From: Mytilus trossulus | Taxonomy: Eukaryota | Assembly (NCBI RefSeq): GCF_036588685.1 | Contig: NC_086375.1 | Location: forward strand, 33,046,001 to 33,110,000 | Direction of reading: 5' to 3' | Length of the DNA stretch: 64,000 bases | Shown here: in pieces, positions 24,301 to 36,662 of the stretch | How positions within the stretch are numbered: position 1 is the stretch's first letter | Layout of the letters: the number at the start of each line of letters is the position of its first letter | Made by a program: the position numbers and the translations under genes | The notes under the pieces: model-generated | What the model was told of the DNA's origin: nothing | The model's database searches: none | The model's input: only the letters and a program-made list of their open reading frames with translations

Positions 24301-24716
24301 AAGAACCTGCAAAATTAAATGCTGAAGCCCAACTGGTTTTCATGAAAATAAATTGTACGTTGAAATATTATTACCGCATAATTTTCACATCCGACCGATA
24401 TCATCTCTCGACCTAACAACAGATCTTTGAATGTAACCGGTATTGTTATGACGATAAGTGTCTGGCACTCAATATAATTAAGCTATTATGGTGGTATTTG
24501 AGCTTGAGATTCACTTTTTGTCCTTTCATAGCGTTTCCATACCCAAACTATACCCGTTTTAATTTTTATTTCATTTGTGGAGACTTGACCCTAAGACGAA
24601 GACCTTGTTTTAACTATTCAGAGCATGCAGCTGGTGTACTTCTTAATTCAAAAGATGCACCCACTCAAGTTAAATATTTGTCAAATGTAAATGTAACAAC
24701 AATGAATATAATTTAT

Positions 24717-25619
24717 TTATTTTCCAAAACTATTGAGCTTGTTTGGATCAAAGGTCCCACTTCCGGTACCACCATTAAGTTTATTCGGGTCAAAGGTTCC
24801 AGTTCCACTTCCACCACTACCAAAACCAGTTCCGGAACCAAAACCTCCTGTTCCACTTCCACTTCCTGTACCGAAACCACTTCCTCCAAATCCAGTTCCG
24901 CTTCCGAAATTGTTTACTTTATTAGGATCGAATGTTTCAGTTGTCCCAGATGGAGCAACAGTCGATGCAGCAAATGTGGTCATGGAGCCGGCAAATGTTG
25001 ACATGGAGCCGAATCCAGCTCCTCCAAAGTTCTGGTTCAAAGCGTTTGGATTAAAACTACCACCTGTGCCAGATCCGAATCCACCACTGCCGGCCGCGAA
25101 ACCACCAGTACCAAAGTCCTTGTTTAGAGCATTCGGGTCAAATGTTCCATCTGAAATGGAACATATTTATACATTAAATGATAAACCTTCTCAAAATCTT
25201 TTTCACATACCATATTAGTATTCCCATCTCAAAGTAGGAATATCAAGCCATAATTTTATATCATATATATTCATGTCATGTATTCCAAATAAATTTATGA
25301 CCGGTAAGAAAATTGATGATGAATCAAGTATCTTTTGCTCCGTTGCACTGAATTATATTATATTCACTATAATATACCTGGTATATTATTACTTGAATTT
25401 CCAAATCTTATATTAATGACATTTATATCAAGTGTATAGTTAAATATGGATTTGCTTAATGACATAATGTTGTAGAAACTCAAGGCTAGTATTTTCACAA
25501 AAGTCTTATTCTATTCAAACTTTGAATTCTTTTCATAATTTTGATTTGATATGCTTACCAGATAGTGGAGCCGACAGACATGCTGGTAAGAGACAAAGAA
25601 GAGCTAAACAACCCTTCAT
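24717..25619 (-). CDS. Gene D: secreted Gly/Phe/Thr-rich FDPN-motif protein, ~164 aa; exons 25619-25559 and 25150-24717
   Basis: Exon 1 reads MKGCLALLCLLPACLSAPLS with a G|GTAAGC donor. Acceptor TTTCAG| gives DGTFDPNALNKDFG... in frame with ORF 24717-25040. Ends SFGK-stop. Confidence 0.87.
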
Positions 25620-25973
25620 TTTGACTTTCGATGATGATCTGACGAAAGCGTGTCTGGATAAGTCTTCTCCACTTCATTATCTTAAGTTACGATAAGACTT
25701 GACACAAATCCTATATACAGCTGACTGTAAAAGATGGGTCTTTCGTTGTACAAGATACCATATATTTCCATCATGGTTAAATATAAATTAAGACTTTTCA
25801 AATTTCTTAAAAGATGTCATAAAGATGCTGACTATAAAAAAGCAATAAAAGATGTTCAAATATTTTTTTATTATCCGTTTCATTATTTTCATAAATTTAT
25901 GTACATACATAGTAAGAACACATCTAAAATACTGTATCAGCTATTATCGATTAAAAAAAACATTGACTATTCG

Positions 25974-27428
25974 AATAAAATCAACGGTACCAATTTTGTT
26001 GCACCAGATGCGCATTTCGACAAAACATGTCTCTTCAGTGATGCTCGTGGCCAAAATATTTGAAATCCAAAGCTTATATAAAAGATGAAGAGCTATAATC
26101 TAAAAGGTCCAAAAAGTATAGTCAAATTCGTGAAAGGAATCAGAGCTTTGCATGAGGGAGATACATTCCTTAATTTATAATAATTTCTAATATTTTGTAA
26201 CAGCAAATTTTAATAACACAAAAAATCCGTATTTTCATGCCAGTACCGAAGTACTGGCTACTGGGCTGGTGATACCCTCGGGGACTAATAGTCCACCAGC
26301 AGAGGCATCGACCCAGTGGTAGTAATAAAATCAACGGTACCAATTTTGTTGCACCAGATGCGCATTTCGGCAAAACATGTCTCTTCAGTGATGCTCGTGG
26401 CCAAAATATTTGAAATCAAAAGCTTATATAAAAGATGAAGAGCTATAATCTAAAAGGTCCAAAAAGTATAGTCAAATTCGTGAAAGGAATCAGAGCTTTG
26501 CATGAGGGAGATACATTCCTTAGTTTATAATAATTTCTAATATTTTGTAACAGCAAATTTTAATAACACAAAAAATCCGTATTTTCATGCCAGTACCGAA
26601 GTACTGGCTACTGGGCTGGTGATACCCTCGGGGACTAATAGTCCACCAGCAGAGGCATCGACCCAGTGGTAGTAATAAAATCAACGGTACCATTTTGTTG
26701 CACCAGATGCGCATTTCGACAAAACATGTCTCTTCAGTGATGCTCGTGGCCAAAATATTTGAAATCCAAAGCTTATATAAAAGATGAAGAGCTATAATCC
26801 AAAAGGTCCAAAAAGTATAGTCAAATTCGTGAAAGGAATCAGAGCTTTGCATGAGGGAGATACATTCCTTAATTTATAATAATTTATAATATTTTGTAAC
26901 AGCAAATTTTAATAACACAAAAAAATCCGTATTTTCATGCCAGTACCGAAGTACTGGCTACTGGGCTGGTGAAACCCTCGGGGACTAATAGTCCACCAGC
27001 AGAGGCATCGACCCAGTGGTAGTAATAAAATCAACGGTACCAATTTTGTTGCACCAGATGCGCATTTCGACAAAACATGTCTCTTCAGTGATGCTCGTGG
27101 CCAAAATATTTGAAATCCAAAGCTTATATAAAAGATGAAGAGCTATAATCTAAAAGATCCAAAAAGTATAGTCAAATTCATGAAAGGAATCAGAGCTTTG
27201 CATGAGGGAGATACATTCCTTAATTTATAATAATTTCTAATATTTTGTAACAGCAAATTTTAATAACACAAAAAAATCCGTATTTTCATGCCAGTACCGA
27301 AGTACTGGCTACTGGGCTGGTGATACCCTCGGGGACTAATAGTCAACCAGCAGAGGCATCGACCCAGTGGTAGTAATAAAATCAACGGTACCAATTTTGT
27401 TGCACCAGATGCGCATTTCGACAAAACA
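25974..27428 (+). repeat. 350-bp tandem array (4 near-identical units + 55 bp)
   Basis: AATAAAATCAACGGTACC recurs at 25974, 26324, 26674, 27024 and 27375. Diverged relatives at ~46140-46500, 54235-54870 and 62270-62640. Confidence 0.95.
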
Positions 27429-29444
27429 AATGGTTATTCAGGCATCCAATATATTGGTAGATGCACGAAGTTGTTTCATAATTTGAGTGGGCGTTGCATC
27501 TTTTGAATTAAGTAGTACATCAGTTGCATGCTCTGAATACTTAAAACAATTGCTCAAATTCATTGAACATTTTACGTTTTAAATATTTAGCTGTATCAAA
27601 TGAAATTTTTAACATAGATGTGGAATTTTAGTATAGGATTTGAATTGTTGGACATAAGATTTTGATATGTTTACTTAACTTCTATTTACCATGCGGAAAA
27701 GTGTGGTTCAATAACTAGGAATCCGTTCTGATTTCTGCACGTGAAGCTGATCTAGACTTAACCAATAATCTTTAATTAGGATTCCTTTCTATTTACTTGA
27801 AATTAAGGTTAAAAAGATTAATATTTAAGTATTATTATTTGTGTAAATGCTGTTCAATACAACAAACAAGATTTCATTCATAATGTGATTAACAAGATTT
27901 AAACATGCTATTCATTGAATGGAAGCATTTTCAACAGGTCATGAACCTTTTTACAATATATATTTTTCATCGATCTGAACTTTGACATATGGTATATTTT
28001 CCCCTTTCAAATTGATGGATCATTTTAATCCAAATTCTGACTGTAAACCCGGAAAGTTCAAAATAAAAAAAGACCTAACAACATAACCAACAGATTTTTT
28101 TTCTTTTCTAAATGCATCAACAAGCATGTCCGTCGGCCAACAATAAGTTAAAATTATCTCCCTTCGTGCCTGTCGACCACTAATGCAGGACCTACTAGTT
28201 GTTTATTTGTTCTCGTTTTGACAATGAAATGAATTGAACGTACAGGGAACAGCAATAAATCGTTGTGTTATAATAATTTATCGAATTTAATTTACACCTG
28301 TTTTGTTTGGTAACTTTCTTAAAGTTCAATTTGAATAAAAGTGTAGAATTTGTGAATTCTGGATACCACAGCAATAAAAAATAATGTAAAGATAATAATG
28401 GAATAAGTCACGCAGAAGACAAATAACATATTTCATTTGTGCTTATCTGAAACCTGTTCCCCGTTCCCATTCTATGACATCACCAATTGTCCAGTACACA
28501 CCCTTGACATCATCTAACTTTATTTTGTAATGACTCCTTTTAATATAAAGGAGATATATGTGACTGTCAACTTAATGAGAGGTTAAGCTAGCTATATAAC
28601 CAGGTTTAATCCAACATTGTCTACTTAAGGAAATGGCTTATCAAATCAGGAATATGACAGCAGTTTTCCATTCGTTTGATATGTTTGAGCTTTTGATTTT
28701 GCCATTTCTAAAAAGTACCTTTTGTTTTGAATTTCCCTTGAAGTTTGGTATCTTTGTTATTTTCTTCTTTTCTTCTATATAGCAATATGGTACATAAAAA
28801 CAGTGAATTCTCTCTGTCACGAAAAAAATAATCAAATTGTATATCTTTATCTGAATTTTTTATAAAAAGGTATATGGTATATTAACATGAAAATGCAAAA
28901 TATACTGATAGTTCAAAATGATTCCATCAAACACTGATGATCTTAAATTGAAGATATACATGCATTTAACTCATTATTTCTCAATCTATTGGGATTTTAG
29001 ACATCTTATAGCGAAATTCTATATATGACTATTTTCATCAAAGATGATGCAAGTGTACGAAATTGTGATGTCGTCAATATATATGAATATGAAAATATCT
29101 GAATAATTAAAGGCAACAGTAGTATACTGCTGTTCAAAAGTCATAAATGAATTGAGAAATAACAAATCCGGGTTACAAACTAAAACCGAGGGAAACAAAT
29201 CACCTAAAAGAAGATAACGATGGAACATATATTGTTCAAACTAACAAAATGACAACCATAAATAAAAATATCCCAAATTAACAAAACAATAACGGCTAAC
29301 AATTTTCTGAAAGCGTCTCGGCCTACACAAAATGAATTGTTATTGTCCTTATCATTTGAGATAGATTTTAAAGTTTTATATCAAAATAATTTCTACAAGA
29401 CCATTTAGGACATTGCTTACATGTGTATTGCATTGCTTAAATGC

Positions 29445-29637
29445 TTACCCTTCCGGAGCACCTGAGATCACCCCTAGTTTTTGGTGGGGTTCGTGTTGTT
29501 TATTCTCTGGTTTTCTATGTTGTGTCATGTGTACTATTGTTTGTCTTTTTGTCTTTTTTCATTTTTAGCCATGACGTTGTAAGTTTGTTTTAGATTTACG
29601 AGTTTGACTGTCCCTTTGGTATCTTTCGTCCCTCCTT
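29445..29637 (-). repeat. Dispersed repeat family 3 (GGGACGAAAGATACCAxAGGGACAGTCAAACTC)
   Basis: Copies at ~5055-5145, 38318-38550, 41805-41985 (-) and 61190-61335. Confidence 0.75.
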
Positions 29638-31854
29638 TAAAGCACACAAAGGCAGTCTCAGTTATGAGAAAAGGAAAATGCCTCACTTGTAAAAATAAAC
29701 TGATTTTTTTTTATTCAAAAAGGTGCATCAATTCATAGAAATTTATTTGGGCTTAAAAATTATTATCTGAGCAAATGTCTTTTTTAACAATTTCAAATTC
29801 ATCTCGGAATGGTATTATACAACAATTTTCTTAATCATTATTATGTATGCAAGGCTAAAAAAAAGTCATATTGGACGACAAGTTAAACGTCAGGATGCTC
29901 GCTCCTCAATTTCTTGACTGTCCCCCTGGTATCTTTCGTCCCTCTTTCAAAATAAAAAGGTTTTCAAAAGACGGTTAGTAATTCAATGTATTTGAACATA
30001 TTTTTGTTCAACAAAACCTATGAAAAAAATAACAAGGGTTTCATAAGATTTAGGAATATGGCTATGTCATTAAATTGTAAAAAGTAAAGAAAGGGTTAGC
30101 CGTCAAAATTTTTATTTACACTACATGAATAAAACTAGAGGATTCGTTATATCTGACAAGAGTAGTGAACATCATTGATAGGCAACAATAACAAAAAAGA
30201 TGTCATCTTTCCTTTATAACTCTCCTGGCCCAAATGGCTCTAGTGTAATTCTTAACACTTTGATGTTGATAGGGTTCAATAACTGTGATCCGTTCAACAT
30301 TTGCATCAGTCTTATTCTACTAAATTTTAATTCAAGGTTGAAATGGTTTATATATTAAGTCTCTTTATTATTTTGTTTGTTATGTTTCATACAAGCATTA
30401 AGATTTCGTTAATAATGAGATGCATAAGATTTAAGCATGTTATTTTTTTCTCTCTTGACAATGAATGGAAGCATTTCTTACTGGTCATGAACTTTTTACA
30501 GTTTAAGTAGATACGTCAAGGATTATGTATGTAATCATTATAGTTCCAAATTTTACCCGTGTTTAAGCATTTTATTTTTTTGAATATGAGATATTCAGAT
30601 AACTGGTATACAGTCCGGTGTCATTGAGTTCATCCTAGTTTTTAGTTTTTTAGTTTTTAGTTTTCTGTGTATTGCTGTAAGGGAGTAGGGCTTTTTATCT
30701 ATCTTTCCGCTTTTTGTTTTTTGTCATGTCTCTCTTTCTTCGATTTAGTTTTTAATTTCCTTATTTGATCTAGTCATTCTTTTTCGGCAGCAGTTTCATT
30801 TTGAGACAACCAAGGAAAACGAAAAGTCCTAACTGTTTTTTTTCAAAATTTTGCATGCAAATTCCACAATTGTCGTTCACACTACATTTATATAGTTTTA
30901 TCGATTGTGTAGAGAAGGCATATTCCATACCATAATACCATTATCTATAGTAAGCAAACTAGTATTGCATTGTGATGTGATCATTAACATATAAGCAAAA
31001 CACCATGGCCAACAGAAAAAAAAACATTTTTTTCATAAAGAGTTATTCGCAAATTAAAGATTTTAATATCTTAACATTTATTATTTATGAATAAATTTAA
31101 TAAGTAATATTTAAGCATATTAGTTTTCCGTGAATAGAAACATTTACACCAGGTCAATCACCTTTTCACAGTGCATTTAAACCAATCAAATTAACCACAT
31201 GTGGTGTATCTTTTTTTCTACAATTTGTTTGGCGGAAAGTTTTTTAATCAAGACCAAATAGCAGAAGATAGTAAACAAGTAAATGTAATTTTTTAAATGT
31301 CATATTTTATTTGTTTGTATTGTTTGTTTTTGATTATACAGTTTTAGGGTGTTCTTTTTGAATGTATTATTTTTTTGTCAAGGTGACTCACAAAGTCAAA
31401 TTGTTTTATTTAAGGTCATATGCATGAAGGTTAACTTGTTGGAAAATTCTTTTTGTGGGCCCAACAAAATTTATTTTTGTTGAAATGATATCACAAATAA
31501 GCCTTGTTTGTTTAAGAAAAACGTAAGTGTGTGATGATATCTGGCAGAGGTCCATTACAGGATAATGGAGTTACGTTACTAGTTTTTGAGAATATATAAT
31601 ATCGTAGCGGTTGTAGAGAAAGCAGATTTACACGAAGAAAACAAAAGAGTTCACGAAAGAGATCATGTTCTTATTAACCCGTTCTGCACCTCGTAAATCA
31701 TACAATTGAAGAAAGACCAGGACGATGAAAATGTTTTAATTATAAAATAAGGAGATGGATATGATTGCAAATTATTTAAAAGGACGGGGATACAAACAAT
31801 TTATGGTTACTGTTCGGTCTAAAACCTTTCTTAATATTGGCATTTATTCACCTC

Positions 31855-32575
31855 AGAAACTAACAAAACCTTTGAATAGACTTATTAAGAAGGGATATAG
31901 TTACGATACTGTTGTCAGGTCATTAAAGATTGCATATTTTGGCGTTAATATTGATTCACTTATAGGGTCTTCGGAACTAAACACATTTATTCAAAAAACC
32001 AGTTGTTGGCATGACACGGGTTACGTTCTTCTCATATATGTTATGATGGTATGATACTAAACCCCTAACGGGAAGGATTGTACCTGATGTTCATATGATG
32101 AAATCATAATCTTTCAGTCAGTTCATTTGAAGTCTGGAGCTGGCATGTCAGTTAACTGCTAGTAGTCTGTTGTTATTTATGTATTATAGTCATTTTGTTT
32201 ATTTTCTTTGGTTACATCTTCTGACATCAGACTCGGACTTCTCTTGAACTGAATTTTAATGTGCGTATTGTTATGCGTTTACTTTTCTGCATTGGCTAGA
32301 TGTATAGGGGAGGGTTGAGATCTCACAAACATGTTTAACCCCGCCGCATTTTTGCGCCTGTCCCAAGTCAGGAGCCTCTGGCCTTTGTTAGTCTTGTATT
32401 ATTTTAATTTTAGTTTCTTGTGTACAATTTGGAAATTAGTATGGCGTTCATTATCACTGAACTAGTATATATTTGTTTAGGGGCCAGCTGAAGGACGCCT
32501 CCTTCTGCTGTTGTTTTTTCTATGGTCGGGTTGTTGTCTCTTTAACACATTCCCCATTTCCATTCTCAATTTTAT
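31855..32575 (+). mobile_element. Longer copy of repeat family 1 with a residual coding stretch (KPLNRLIKKGYSYDTVVRSL)
   Basis: 3' part matches 474-883 and 63010-63520. The 5' extension resembles the end of a retroelement ORF (inference). Confidence 0.65.
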
Positions 32576-33010
32576 TGTTTTTATGGCTGCGTTTAATGGA
32601 CAACAAATGAATATTTATTAGATATATCCTGAGTGTAAAACAAAAATTCGGCCTCTCCTTTCGCTTGCATTGTTTTGTAAGATTTTCCGTATGTTATAAT
32701 AAATCTTGAGTTCTGGAATTTTGAATGTAAATTTCAGACAAACTCATTAAGATTGTTTTGATACGATACCTTATTTAAATATTAATTTATAACCAAAATG
32801 TTTCGAATAGAAATAGATGTTTTCGCTGTTTTTGATGTTGATATTAATAGTTTTGTAATCTTTTTAATCGGTAATTAATAATATTATCCATGCTACCTGG
32901 TCATGTTTACAATTTAATGGCGGGGGTATAAGATAGTGATGGTTTTATCCAACGACAGGTGCCACGACCTCTTACATGGCGGAAGAAAGTTCAAGACATA
33001 AGTGAGAAAA

Positions 33011-36000
33011 ATGACAGTTTTTACCATCTTTGTTGGAATTCTAGTATCAGGTATGCTTTCATTTTTTTCAACACAAGATAATTTTGATGAAACCACTGTG
33101 GTGTTTTCCTGAATTACCAGAACAATATTCATTATACTGGTAAATAATAATTTATAAAAACTTAAAACTCATTACCACTTTAAGGTTACTTTAATACAAT
33201 ACTGGTTTACGGCATTCGTAACGATCTATATTTTGTGTATTTATTATTGTTCCAAGAGAACAACTGTGTATACTTTCCGACCGAGCTGTGAGACCTCTCT
33301 GTTTGCAGAAGTTTTTGCTGATGAAATTGTGCTAGAAATATCGAATGCTGAACCGTTGTCGGAAGGGGCCACGCTCCCGACATTATCTCCAGCATCAGTC
33401 GTTAAAAAATAACATAAAGAGAAAATGCCGAATGTTTTACGAGATGTGGTATGATTGCAAATAGGACAACTACCTAACATAGTTCAAATGAAGGGTATTA
33501 AATCAACTACGGGTAGATCAATACGAGGCTTCAACAATGATCATAACCCATAAAACTTTGTAGTTCAAATGTGTCAGACATGACAAAACGTGAAACATTT
33601 TATTCGAGAAAAAAAGCATGGTCTGATTAACGACGACACAGCAATAGAAAAACAAATATTACAGACAACAACCAATGATACCCACTGTATAACTCGCAAC
33701 ATATTTTTCTGTTGCTGTCTCATCCAATCCTTTTTTGTGCTAATTTGATAGCAGAACTTCCAAGTCAATAGCATTGTTTTTTTTTACTTAAGGTTTAATT
33801 AACTGTCGATCAACCAATAGGCCATACGAATTAATGCAGTCATTTGATAAGTTTGATTTTAAATAAATTCAAATTGCAAAATCGATTGAGCAGTATAAAC
33901 GCCTCACCAAACAATTCCTTTTAAAGGTTTAAAGAAAAGTAAACATGTCGGGCAACTCATTGGTTGTAACTAAAAAAAAAAAAATAGACAAAACGCCGTA
34001 CGATTTTAAAAACTTTATTTTAATGTCTTTTGCAGGATGTTATTGTTTTTCACTACCAGGTCTGCAAAATGTCCAGACAGATGATAATTTCACTAAAACT
34101 TTTGGAATTATACCAGGAAAAAACATATATAAAAAGACAGATCCAAATCATTCAATCGACACAGAACAACTTGGGGAACATGTACTCTCGTCCCAGGAAA
34201 AAGTTCCCACTTCCGTCTCAAATCATGGTAGTCTTGCAACAACGCTGAATCAACTATCTGGTATGTCGGCACTTCAGTTGCTGAAGATTCTAGGAGTACA
34301 ACTTGGAAGTAATGCACCTCTCAACATCAATACAAACGCCATTATCCATCGACAGCCACAAAACAATGTTCAAAAGCAGCAATATTATACAGGAGAACCA
34401 TTGAAACCAACAATGAAAACACTTTCAAACTATGGACAAAAAACCGGAAGTTTTATGCCAATGCTGGACAAACAGATCAAAGGTTATGTTTCTACTGAAA
34501 CTGATAACAACATTTTAAGTAAACCACAGCAAATGAGCAATGCTGGAAAGTCAAATACTCAGCAACAAGTGAGTCCAGTTTTCATGATGACGTCGGGAAT
34601 GGGTGGAATAAGCTTCCCTGATACGTCTTCAATACAACAGCCATCTGGTTCTACTCATGAAGATAATAAAGCTAAATTGTTTGACCCTGATGCTCTGATG
34701 CAAGAAATGATGAGCTCCTCTTCATCCTCACTAGGTGCTGGGAAATATATGGTAAAACAGAATGTTTCTCCACAAAATTGGGCACCTAATCAACAGAACC
34801 ATATGCAAACGAATACCAAAAACAGTCCAGGCACGTTTAATTCTATGCATGGACAAACATCTATCAACTTCAACCCCGATTCATTCAACAACGTAAAAAT
34901 GAATTTTCAACCAGATGCACTCTTGCTATTTGTTAATAAAGAGACACCACATATAAGTAACAAACTTACATATAATCCTGATATACTTAACAACTACCAT
35001 GGAAAGTTTAAACCTGGACAAATGTTCCAAGTTGAAGATATGAATACGCCGCTACCACCTGTACATCAAAGTTTATTCAATGCCGACACTTTAAACAAAA
35101 AGTTGATGAGCAGTGTCAAAAATTCAGAGGACCCAAATCCTAACAGTGAAAACACAGCAACTTCATTGGAGTCCAAAATTGTCCCGCAACCGTCATTGAA
35201 GAAAATGTCAGGCTTTGTACCTGGCTTACTTTTTCCTGGGTTTAAACCTGATAATGATGAGCGAGGGAATCACTTTTCGGAATATGACACCAACTTTGTA
35301 GAAAGAGCAGAGGACATTAAGAAAAGCACCAAGCCTAGATATGCTTTTGTAGATATGTTATCAGATTTACCAGCAGACCCTGACTATTCAGTTAATCAGG
35401 GAAACCAAACAAATCAAACTGCAGTTGCACCAACTGGCCAATCAGAGACAACAATTACAGGCAGTATGGACACAACAACTCAAGGGACTACTATAGTGCC
35501 CACAACTTCAACTGATATGCATGAAAACCATAGTGAGCCCGGTAAATTTATGCCTGCTCAGTCGAACAGCCCTCAAAATGGGTTTGTTCCTGGTTCTTTG
35601 ACAGGAGATGGCCGAACATTACAAATGATGGTAAATAAAGGAATGTATAACCCTAACGTGGTCAATCAGCAGGCTTTCGTAATGAATAACAATCAGAATA
35701 CAGGATCGTCAAATGTCAACAATAACACAACGCATCAGACGTCGAATAGTTTCGGGATGACGTTTAATTTTAATCCTTCGTCAGTTAACCAAGCAAAAAT
35801 GAGTTTCAACACTAATCAGCAAATTGGAATGGATGGTTCGAGTGGGTCGACGTCAAACAACTACAATACATTTTATGATCCAAATAAAGTAAATCAAAAT
35901 TCATATATCAACCCATTCGACAAGGCCCAGACGAATATGAACAACATGTCAACAGGGCAGTATGATAATTCACAGTTCTTAGGAAATTTTGACGCTAACC

Positions 36001-36662
36001 AGGTAAACAGGGGGATTATGGGAAATTCAAGAAATAGTACGCAAAATAGTATGCATTCTGGGTTTGGTGGACAATTTAACCCAACAGAAGTAAATAAAGC
36101 ATATTTTAATCCAAATGTGGTAAATAAAGAGAGAATGAACTTTAACCCTTCTAAAATGTTGGAATCTAATGCTGGCTATGACAAGAAAACAGCCGAAAGT
36201 TATACATTTGATCCGAATAAAGTCAATGATATACATGTGAATTTTATTCCTCCTTTTCTTCAAGACAATAAAAACTCAAGTACAGGGAACAGTTCAGGTT
36301 CTGGATTTATCCCTGGTCTTCTGTCTGGAGGTAAAGATAATAGTGGTGTGTTTGATCCGAGTAAAATGGAGGCTGGCATGTTGTTTAATCCAAACGCAAT
36401 GATGAATACGAACAAAAATACGACAGAAAATAGAGGCAACTCAGATAAAAGTCAAACGAATATGATGTTTAATCCTTCAGCTATGATCGGTAACATGAAG
36501 GGTTTGATCTCGGGAGCAAGTTTTGATCCAAATGCAGTAAACAAAATTAACATGAATTTCAGTCCTAATGAAATGATGAAACAAGTCGCTGGAAGCGACG
36601 AAGGGACAACCAGGACCAATAATTCTGTAATTGGTTATGGAAACGATGAAAAAGTTAAATAA
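33011..36662 (+). CDS. Gene E: large secreted Asn/Ser/Met/Thr-rich protein with many F/Y-[ND]-P-[NSD] motifs, ~888 aa; exons 33011-33050 and 34036-36662
   Basis: Exon 1 reads MTVFTIFVGILVS with a G|GTATG donor. Acceptor TTTTGCAG| continues GCYCFSLP in the frame of ORF 33945-36662, completing a signal peptide. TATA-like TATAAG at ~32926. Confidence 0.85.

Noticed and set aside
5999-25619. Classical neuropeptide precursors (FMRFamide-like)
   Set aside because: The internal repeats are not individually flanked by dibasic sites or amidation glycines; processing marks occur only at chain ends.
26170-26852. Repeated ORFs in the 350-bp array
   Set aside because: By-products of the tandem repeat, with no recognisable protein features.
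33945-34035. ORF-track N-terminus of the 905-aa ORF (MSGNSLVVTKKKK...)
   Set aside because: Intronic read-through; an acceptor at 34035 and the upstream exon 33011-33050 give a proper signal peptide.
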